Assembly: GCA_030753015.1 (NCBI GenBank)
Contig: JASMDC010000017.1
Location: forward strand, 8,662-72,661
Reading direction: 5' to 3'
DNA: 64,000 nucleotides
Origin: Candidatus Undinarchaeales archaeon
GTDB lineage: Archaea > SpSt-1190 > JASMDC01
Shown: positions 56,566 through 64,000 of the stretch, in pieces
Layout: every line of letters starts with the position of its first letter
Position numbering within the stretch: position 1 is the stretch's first letter
Notes under the pieces: generated by a model
Database searches by the model: none
Told to the model about the DNA's origin: nothing
Seen by the model: only the letters and a program-made list of their open reading frames with translations
Made by a program: the position numbers and the translations under genes

Positions 56566-57978
56566 TCACGCCCGCCTGAACAGGCCGTGTTCATCACGCA
56601 CCTGTCGGCATTGCTGCTGGAAGGCGACCGATGGTGCATAGAGCGGATCGGGTCGCCGGAACTCGAGGATACGAGGTTCGTATGAGCTCGTCAGGATCCC
56701 GATGTTGTCCTGTCCTGTGTCGGCTCCCACGAGAGACTCCTTGATCCGGGACACCAACCCGCCCACGGTCCCTGCCACAACGAGCACGATCATTGGTCCG
56801 AGCAGCGTGAGGCCCACGACCACCAGTATACCCTTCTTGATGATGCCTGCGTTGCGGAAGCTCTCCTTGAGCGCCTCCTCAATCCGGTGGGCGAGCATCA
56901 ACCCCGTTCCCGATATCAGAACGACCCCGAACACCGCGATTGAGATCAGACCAATGAACACGGACATGGCAGGACCGATGACCTTGATGAACCCGGGATG
57001 CTCGTCCAGGATGATGCCCTCGGGCAGCTTCCCGATGGAGATGAGGAAGATGATGCCCACGACCGCAAGTGGTAGCAGATGCCACCGGCGTCGCGCAGCG
57101 AAGGTGCGCGAGATGGCCAGGTACAGGATGTCGTTGGACCGCCCACCGAAGAGCAACGCCATGGGCACGTACATGGTCAGAACCGGTAGGGCGAACCACA
57201 TGGCGAAGGCGAGCTTGGGGAAGAGGTTCTGGAAGCAGAGGGCGATGAGCACCAGATAGGCACAGGACACCCGTCCGACCTTCTCACTGTAGAGCGACCA
57301 GTAACGACGCATGGGGAATGCCCCGCGCTTGGTATGATGGGCCAGGATGTTGGAGAGGTAGATTGTGGACAGGAGGAACACCATGTAGATGAAGAACAGA
57401 GAGAAAATCATCTTGAACGCGAAGATGACGCCTTTGTTCACGAGCGATACCTGGTCGTAGAACCGGCCCTCCACTGCCTGCGTTGCCTTGTAGATGGCCG
57501 TTATTTTTTCCAGTGCGTCACTCCGTACATCCTTGGGGTTGTTCTCGTCCTGGTACTTTTGGAAGTTCTCTATCACCGGGCCGAGTTCAAGCTTGTACTG
57601 CTCCCCCGTCTCAACGAGCTGGTTGACGGTGTACTCCTGGAGCTTGTAGTCGTAGAACGACACCATGGGGATGAATATGAGGATGGACAGGGACACCGAG
57701 GCCCATACCGCTACGGGTCGTGTACCCGCGAGACGATAGAACAGCGAGAGCAGCCCGAGCGTGACGAGGATGAACAAGGAGGGCATGACGAAGTACGTAT
57801 CCGCGTTCGAGAGGATGACCATCACGAACGAGTAGACCGTGAAGATTGCTCCAAGGATGCGCACGTCCACCAGGGAGAGGATGAGGTACTCGCTGAGGAC
57901 GTCCTCGAACCGGTCCTCGAGGCTGTCGACGAGCTTGTCGTCGAGCACCTCTCCCAGTAGCATATCAGCAAGGCTCAT
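56566..57978 (-). CDS. Hypothetical polytopic membrane protein
   Basis: About 9 hydrophobic segments with a helical loop; overlaps upstream stop. Confidence 0.75.
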   Translation of the reverse strand: MSLADMLLGEVLDDKLVDSLEDRFEDVLSEYLILSLVDVRILGAIFTVYSFVMVILSNADTYFVMPSLFILVTLGLLSLFYRLAGTRPVAVWASVSLSILIFIPMVSFYDYKLQEYTVNQLVETGEQYKLELGPVIENFQKYQDENNPKDVRSDALEKITAIYKATQAVEGRFYDQVSLVNKGVIFAFKMIFSLFFIYMVFLLSTIYLSNILAHHTKRGAFPMRRYWSLYSEKVGRVSCAYLVLIALCFQNLFPKLAFAMWFALPVLTMYVPMALLFGGRSNDILYLAISRTFAARRRWHLLPLAVVGIIFLISIGKLPEGIILDEHPGFIKVIGPAMSVFIGLISIAVFGVVLISGTGLMLAHRIEEALKESFRNAGIIKKGILVVVGLTLLGPMIVLVVAGTVGGLVSRIKESLVGADTGQDNIGILTSSYEPRILEFRRPDPLYAPSVAFQQQCRQVRDEHGLFRRA

Positions 57979-59998
57979 AGGCGAATCCCATCCCGTGGCC
58001 GACATACAGGTGTGGCCGCGCCAGGTTCAGGCACGGCGGTATGAGGACGGCCCGCTTCTTGCGGTCACGTATCTCCATGGCGGCGACACGGCCGTTGGAA
58101 AGGTCGAGGTGAAGGTCTCTGACAAGGCCGATGAACGTAGCGTCGAACGTAACGATACGCTCGTTGAGGTATCGTGGTGAGATGAACGGTTGAGAGATCA
58201 CGGACCGGGCCACGAACCGGTTCTTGCGCAGGTATTTTAGGAGGAATCCCGGGATGATGCTGTAGTTCTCAAGGAATGACGGACCGATGAAGGACCACCG
58301 CGCTCGCATTGTCCGGTCGGTACGGTCGATGGGCGTTGCTCTGGACACGGTGACCTCCGTCTCGGTGATCCCTAGCACGTCGGCCGGCTCGACAAAGAAC
58401 TCTGCGCGCACCTTCCGGATGAGGAAGTCAGTGATGATGTCGAACTTGAGCAGCACGTCTAGCACGAGCTCGGTACGGTCGTCGATGACGTAGAACGAGA
58501 ACGCGCCCTCCCGGTCCATGACGACGTTGATGACCTTGCCCAGCCGCTTCCCCTCACAGGAGACGGTCCTCCCAAGAAGGTTCTTTGCCGATGCCAGGTC
58601 TTGAGAGTTGAACACTCCCCAAGGATTCGCGGTGAAACCGTGCCGCTGGGCGAACTCACCTAGGAACCGGCGGACCGGTGGCAGGGTCGCCCGGAATAGC
58701 TCCTCCCGCTCAGCGTCGGACGCTTTTCCCATCCCAAGGTAGGAGACGAGCGAGCCTAGCTCGATGAGCATGCACGAGGTCTCCTCGGTGGAGAGGGCCC
58801 CGCGCTCCCGGACCAGCGCCGCGAACCGCTCGTCGTCCACGTAGCTAGCGACGGACTCGTGCCATCCCTCGTCCATGAGGTGCTGGGAGAGGTTGCGTGC
58901 ATATTCCCGCTTCTCACGCTCACGCTCGTCCTTGGCGGTGAGGATGGAGGTCAGGACATCGGCGAGGCCAGGGCCGGGAGCACGCAGAGGGTATGTGTGG
59001 ACCTCCTCCGTCTCGGTGGTCAGCACGAGATTGTGCCGGGCGATCCCATTTTGCACCTCGGTACGGCGTACGTAGAAGAGGGGAAGGCGCTCATAGGCCA
59101 CGATCGTTGGCCGGAAGATACGCATGCGGAAAATGGCGAGGACGAGGGACACGACCGGCAACCGCTCTATAATGGCACGCGAGCGTTCCTCGCCGACATA
59201 GATGCCCTTGTTCGTAATAACAACTTTCCAGAGGGCCGTACGGGGGATCAGGCGATGGACCATGCGCCATGTGGCTAGGAGGACTAGCAGACCGACGACG
59301 GGGTTGGTCACCAAGGCGGGAAGAGTGAGGAAGAACAGCACAATGGTACCGATGAGGTTAACAGCCAGTGGTCCCGTGTCCACAAACCGCACCCATTCCC
59401 GCGAGACATGCCGCAGCAGGTCCTTGGAAGAGACCGCTTCGACGCGCGGGGATATCCGTCCGCTCTTCACGGCCTCGTTGTATGTGGCCAGCCGTGTTGC
59501 CGTCCGCTCAGTACTGTAGGACAGGTCCGCCCCGCGCCGTTCCTGGACCGTCTCGAGCATCCGTAGCGCTAGCTCAAGTTCATCCTCGCGGAGCGCGATC
59601 CGCATCTCACCCTCCGCAGTCCCCAGCACGAGCTCTACGTCCCGGTCGCCCTTTGGAGAGACGGTGGCGGACGTAACGCTCTCGTAAGGCACGGTGCGCA
59701 GGATAGGGAGTGTCCTCAGCTCCTCGACGTTCGAAGGGGACGCGCGCCATGCCACGCCCTGATCGTCAAGGCCTATGAGAGTGTAGCCCCGGGTTACCCT
59801 GACCTTGCCGCGGTACTCCCGCACCGCCAGCGCCACAAAGACAAGGATCCCCAGACCCTTGAGCACAGCGAAAAGGATGAAGAGGCCGAGCGGCATCGCA
59901 AGGACCCGCCAGTACCAGCGCCCCCAGTCATGGAATGTCGACTCGCGAGCAGCTCGTACGAGCCACCGGTCGACATCCTCCCCCCCGGTCTCCGGCAT
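57965..59998 (-). CDS. Membrane protein: two (TM hairpin plus PH-like) units and two C-terminal PRC-barrels
   Basis: IGLDDQGV..VPYESV and VVITNKGIYV..LPL..V; SAKNLLGRTV..EGKRLGKVINV and YLNERIV....FIGLVRDL..DL.NGRV. Confidence 0.7.
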   Translation of the reverse strand: MPETGGEDVDRWLVRAARESTFHDWGRWYWRVLAMPLGLFILFAVLKGLGILVFVALAVREYRGKVRVTRGYTLIGLDDQGVAWRASPSNVEELRTLPILRTVPYESVTSATVSPKGDRDVELVLGTAEGEMRIALREDELELALRMLETVQERRGADLSYSTERTATRLATYNEAVKSGRISPRVEAVSSKDLLRHVSREWVRFVDTGPLAVNLIGTIVLFFLTLPALVTNPVVGLLVLLATWRMVHRLIPRTALWKVVITNKGIYVGEERSRAIIERLPVVSLVLAIFRMRIFRPTIVAYERLPLFYVRRTEVQNGIARHNLVLTTETEEVHTYPLRAPGPGLADVLTSILTAKDEREREKREYARNLSQHLMDEGWHESVASYVDDERFAALVRERGALSTEETSCMLIELGSLVSYLGMGKASDAEREELFRATLPPVRRFLGEFAQRHGFTANPWGVFNSQDLASAKNLLGRTVSCEGKRLGKVINVVMDREGAFSFYVIDDRTELVLDVLLKFDIITDFLIRKVRAEFFVEPADVLGITETEVTVSRATPIDRTDRTMRARWSFIGPSFLENYSIIPGFLLKYLRKNRFVARSVISQPFISPRYLNERIVTFDATFIGLVRDLHLDLSNGRVAAMEIRDRKKRAVLIPPCLNLARPHLYVGHGMGFAYEPC

Positions 59999-60050
59999 AC
60001 CTCTATGATCGCGGGCTACGAATAAAAAGGCTGCGGTCAGGGATCGCCTA

Positions 60051-63000
60051 CTAGCCCGAGGGTAACGTCAGGTCCCCGATCTGGATCTTCAAGGACCGAC
60101 CGTCCTCCTTGGTGCTCACGGTGAGGAGCTTCGTGGTTGACACCTCGTAGTCCGGTAGCACGATCTCGAGGAAGTACTGCCCGACGTTGAAGCATGCCTT
60201 CTCGAGCTCGCCTGCCTTCTCGAACTTGGTCTCGAACGTCCCGTCACCGTACACCCTCGGCGATGTCTCGGCGAACTTGACGTGCTCGGGGAAGGTGTAC
60301 ACGATCATGTCCATGCTCGTGTTCGAGATGATGACCGGCGGCGGCTCACGGAACATCTCGATGTAGAACGTACCCCACAGGTTGCCCGAGATGGTGATCT
60401 GGTTGCAGCAGAGCCCTCTGTACTCGCCGGTGGCTGGATCGGAGTTGGGGTTGAGCGGGTCCCACTTCTGGTACCACTTGGCATTATCGATCGGCCTGCA
60501 GGAGAAGCCACAGATGCCCTTGTTCGGGTCCTCGTCTCCCTCGACGCAGATGGACCTGCCGATCTCTCCGCCGGCGCAATGCTTGGCCTTTGTGCAGAAG
60601 TCCGTGCACTTGTGGCTGTCCACGTCGCACACGAACGGATCGCACGTGAAGTTGGTAAGTGTCGCGGGCAGCCGCTCCTGGTCCCAGCAGAAGCCGCGTC
60701 CCTTCTCGTTGAGCTTGCACTGGTAATTGATGCCGAAGGCGTTGTATAAGTTGATGTTGCCGTTATAGGTGTCGTTATCCTCGGCGATGAGCTCGGTGGC
60801 GCACTTGTTGTACTCGTGGCCCTCGCAGTCCACCCAGTGGCCGATGCAGGTGGCGCCGGAGCGCAGGTACTCGAACATCCACGTGCCGCCCTCGTCGCGG
60901 CAGGTGTCGCGATAGATACGCTTGGCGCACACGTTATCGCTGCAGCCGAGGTAGTCGATGCACACACCGGGTGCCTTGGAATCATCGCCACGGTCCGCGC
61001 CGGATAAGGACTTGCACGAGCCGTCCGCGTTCTGCTCGTCTTCGGGGCAATCGACCGCATCGGTGCGGCACTGGACGGTCTCGCTCTCTTTGATTGTGTA
61101 CTCGCACTTGGCCGAACCCTTGGGCGAGGAGTCGACGCAGTTTCCGTCGAGGTAGAGCAGGCGGTTGGTACCGCCCTCCTCGCACCGGTGACCGTCGGCG
61201 CACGTCTGGATTGTCTTCCACACGTTGTTCTCGCACTTCCGGACGTCCTGCTGCTGGCCCTCGGCGATGCAGATGGAGGCGCCGTGCGGGTAGCACTGGT
61301 TGTTCCATACGCAGTCGGTGGCCTTGTCGCAGCACGCGTCGTATGTGTTCATTGCTCCCGGTTCGAGGTCGGCCACCTCTTGGTCCACATCGTTCTGCGT
61401 GTACGGACCGTCTATGTCCGTGGTGAAGAACTTGAGGTAGAACTCGTTGTTATCGTCGCCGCAGCAGGTAGTCTTGCCGTCGGGCGCGTCACCGCCCAGG
61501 TTCCATGCGATGCCGAAGTCGCCCTGCGTCGTGGTCTTGTCGTTGAAGCAGTCGAGGCGGCAGTAGACGGACGGCGAGGCCACTCGGGTGACCGGATCCT
61601 TGTTCGTGCCCTTCTTGTCGTCCCAGTCGACCGAGTAGAGCAGAAGATCGGTCACGCGGTGACCGGGGTGCGAGAGACCGGCGCCGTTGGTGAGGAGATC
61701 ATTGTCACTGATGGGCGCATCGCTGAACCTGCGGTCCTTGCGATCATCGCTCCATGCGCCCTTCCGGTCCTTCTCGCCATGATAGGCGAAGGTCACGGTG
61801 GTCTTGTAATCGCCCTCCCATCGGCAGTACCAGTTCTTCCAGGTCCAGGTGACGTCCGCGCTGGCATAGCCGGTCGTCTTTGCAGTCAGGTCGAGCGGGG
61901 TGATACCGACGCTCGAGTCGGTGACCGTCTTGGTGCACTTGCCCAGACCGAACGTGTTCGAGCCGGACCGCGAGGTCAAGCCGCACGACATGCCCTGGTC
62001 GGTGAACACGGTCGCGCCTGGCCGCTTGAAGGTGAGGGCCGAGGTGGTCTCGTAACCGCAGAAGTAATAGTACTGCTGGTTGGTCTCGGCAGCGTTGGTA
62101 TAGGAGGAGTCGATGGCAAGGTCACGGGTTCCGTCGAAGCCCTCGAGCACGAAGTCGGTCTTGCCGTCGTAAGTGCCACCGGTCTTGCATTCCTTGTAGG
62201 TGTGCGTACAGGTGGCCTTGCAGTGGAGGCCAAGGAAGTCGGTGGAGTAGTAGGTGCAGGTCGCCTTGTTACTGTTGTACGGGTAGGAGCAGCTGGTGAT
62301 GCCCGAGGCCACGCCGCAGTCCATGGTGGTGCAGGAGTAGTCCCTAGCCGCGGAGTTCCCGTCGAAGTAGGTACCGTCCTGCCGGTCCTTGGGGCTCTGG
62401 AGGGAGAGCTTGGCGGTCACCTTGGGCAGGCTCTTCCACACGCCCTGGTAGCAGTACTCGTTGAGACCGTCGCTGTCCACGTCGCCCTCCCACTTGTCGT
62501 TGAAGCACTTGTTGTTGGCGATGCAGTCCGTGTATTCGTTGCAGCAGGCCCGGTTGTTGTCCGTGCTGGACTCGCACGCCTTCTTGGTGCCCGGCTTCTC
62601 CTCGGAGCGGCAGTCGAGCATCCACTCGTCATCGTCATCACCGCAGCACTTACCTATATCGCCACCCTGCTCCCAGCCGATGCCCTGGTCTAACGGCTTG
62701 GTGGCCGGAGGTGTGCGGTCGGCGAAGCAGCGCAGGTCGCAGTACCGTGCCGGCTCGCGCCTGCCATCGGGATCGAGGTTGACGTCGCCATCGTCGTCCC
62801 AGCTGACCTTGTACATCACGACCTCTTGGTGCTGCTTGGTGATGCCGAGGGCTGGATCGTCGGCGTTGGGCGTGTTGTCGAACCGGCGGTCGCGGTCAAG
62901 GCCGTGGCGGTTGTTCTCGCCGTGATAGGAGTAGTCCACGGTGAGCTTGTAATCACCCTCCTCGCGACAGTAGTGCTCGCGGTAGGTGCGCGCCCAGTTC

Positions 63001-64000
63001 CAGGTGGTGAGGGATGTCGAGTAGGCATCGATGTCGAAGTAGTTCGTACTGTCCGGTTTGAAGATATAGCTGCAGTGCGAGGTGCCCTGGTCGGAGTTAC
63101 CGTTGCGGAAGGTGAGGCCGCAGGTCACGCTCGTGTGGTCGATCACCCGGCTCGTGGGCTTGTCGATTGTGAGGAGGGCCTCGGTCTCGTAGCCGCAGAA
63201 GTAGTAGTACTGGTCATGCTCGACGACGTTGTCGTACTGGGTCTTGAGGTTGAATGATTCGGTGGGCGAGTTCCATCCCTGGTAGGTGAACTCGACATGG
63301 CCCTTGTACGGCCCGCCGACCTTGCACTCGTTGATCTTGTAGGTGCACGTACCGATGCAGGACATGCCGGTGAAAGTGGAGTGGAAGGTGCAGATGACCT
63401 GATCATCGGTGTCCGGGTAGGTGCACGACGTTGTGCCGCCAGCCTCACCGCAGTTGAGGGAGGAGCACGTGATGTCGGTGCCCGTTCGGATGGCCTGGTC
63501 GGGCGCGTCAACCCAGATCTTGGCGGTCACCTTGGGCAGGTCCTTCCAGCTGCTCTGGTGGCAGTACTCATTGGCACCGTCGCCGTCCACATCGCCCTCC
63601 CACTTGTCGTCGTAGCACTTGTTGTTGGCCACGCAGTCGGTGGTCTTGTCGCAGCAGGCCACGTCCTGGACCTGGTCGCCCTTGCATGCCTTGGCGCTGT
63701 GTTCCAGGCTCTTGCAGTAGTGGATGAACTCGTTGGCATCGTCACCGCAGCACTTGTTGCGCGTACCGCCGTCGTCGCCACCGATGGCCCATGCGATACC
63801 GTCCTTGGAGCCGTCAAGCAGGTTGTTCTGCTCATCGTTGGGCGTGGTGTCGCTCACGCACTTGGGACCGCAGTACCGGTCCGGATCGCTGCTGCCGTCC
63901 GGTGCCTTGTTGGTGCTGAGCTCGTCGTCCCAGTTGACGTTGTAGAGGAACTTGTGGATGGTCTGCTGTGTGGAGGTGAGTCCGTTGCGGTTGAACATCC
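60051..64000 (-). CDS. Giant Cys-rich repetitive surface protein, C-terminal 1315 aa or more (starts beyond the window)
   Basis: Open to the window edge, no signal peptide; ~370-aa module with WDD...YC, CCGDD..E, ACC...DC..NN.C, GDVD.DG.NEYC. Confidence 0.85.
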   Translation of the reverse strand, partial: MFNRNGLTSTQQTIHKFLYNVNWDDELSTNKAPDGSSDPDRYCGPKCVSDTTPNDEQNNLLDGSKDGIAWAIGGDDGGTRNKCCGDDANEFIHYCKSLEHSAKACKGDQVQDVACCDKTTDCVANNKCYDDKWEGDVDGDGANEYCHQSSWKDLPKVTAKIWVDAPDQAIRTGTDITCSSLNCGEAGGTTSCTYPDTDDQVICTFHSTFTGMSCIGTCTYKINECKVGGPYKGHVEFTYQGWNSPTESFNLKTQYDNVVEHDQYYYFCGYETEALLTIDKPTSRVIDHTSVTCGLTFRNGNSDQGTSHCSYIFKPDSTNYFDIDAYSTSLTTWNWARTYREHYCREEGDYKLTVDYSYHGENNRHGLDRDRRFDNTPNADDPALGITKQHQEVVMYKVSWDDDGDVNLDPDGRREPARYCDLRCFADRTPPATKPLDQGIGWEQGGDIGKCCGDDDDEWMLDCRSEEKPGTKKACESSTDNNRACCNEYTDCIANNKCFNDKWEGDVDSDGLNEYCYQGVWKSLPKVTAKLSLQSPKDRQDGTYFDGNSAARDYSCTTMDCGVASGITSCSYPYNSNKATCTYYSTDFLGLHCKATCTHTYKECKTGGTYDGKTDFVLEGFDGTRDLAIDSSYTNAAETNQQYYYFCGYETTSALTFKRPGATVFTDQGMSCGLTSRSGSNTFGLGKCTKTVTDSSVGITPLDLTAKTTGYASADVTWTWKNWYCRWEGDYKTTVTFAYHGEKDRKGAWSDDRKDRRFSDAPISDNDLLTNGAGLSHPGHRVTDLLLYSVDWDDKKGTNKDPVTRVASPSVYCRLDCFNDKTTTQGDFGIAWNLGGDAPDGKTTCCGDDNNEFYLKFFTTDIDGPYTQNDVDQEVADLEPGAMNTYDACCDKATDCVWNNQCYPHGASICIAEGQQQDVRKCENNVWKTIQTCADGHRCEEGGTNRLLYLDGNCVDSSPKGSAKCEYTIKESETVQCRTDAVDCPEDEQNADGSCKSLSGADRGDDSKAPGVCIDYLGCSDNVCAKRIYRDTCRDEGGTWMFEYLRSGATCIGHWVDCEGHEYNKCATELIAEDNDTYNGNINLYNAFGINYQCKLNEKGRGFCWDQERLPATLTNFTCDPFVCDVDSHKCTDFCTKAKHCAGGEIGRSICVEGDEDPNKGICGFSCRPIDNAKWYQKWDPLNPNSDPATGEYRGLCCNQITISGNLWGTFYIEMFREPPPVIISNTSMDMIVYTFPEHVKFAETSPRVYGDGTFETKFEKAGELEKACFNVGQYFLEIVLPDYEVSTTKLLTVSTKEDGRSLKIQIGDLTLPSG

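Overview
A gene-dense, GC-rich archaeal chromosomal segment. Archaeal markers include LonB, aIF1/SUI1, MC1, CarS, PTH2, Dph5, Taw1, a KaiC/RAD55-like ATPase with DUF835, and TATA boxes about 22-30 nt before apparently leaderless starts. The type IV pilus locus and the many giant Cys-rich surface proteins suggest a DPANN-like organism (inference). About 50 CDSs can be supported, including three missed by the ORF track: a partial PLD at 1-418 and 59-aa ORFs at 20305-20484 and 42894-43073. No tRNA, rRNA, CRISPR array or transposase was recognised. The most striking element is a 614-aa protein (13435-15279) built from five, possibly six, tandem ubiquitin-conjugating (E2/UBC-fold) domains that all lack the catalytic Cys. 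It ends in a MinD-like amphipathic tail and is translationally abutted to a 2-TM coiled-coil protein with a RanBP2/NZF-spaced Zn finger. This pair lies in a co-oriented minus-strand run with LonB and surface proteins. Other highlights are a duplicated, order-swapped two-gene module (giant class III signal peptide pilin-like protein plus ~930-aa Ig/Cys protein), one copy directly behind the pilus ATPase and platform genes; a protein with ~30 MGPPG repeats; a small helical N-terminal domain shared by four proteins; a 121-nt structured intergenic RNA candidate; and a bacterial-type peptide deformylase. All family assignments are by motif recognition only; no database searches were run.
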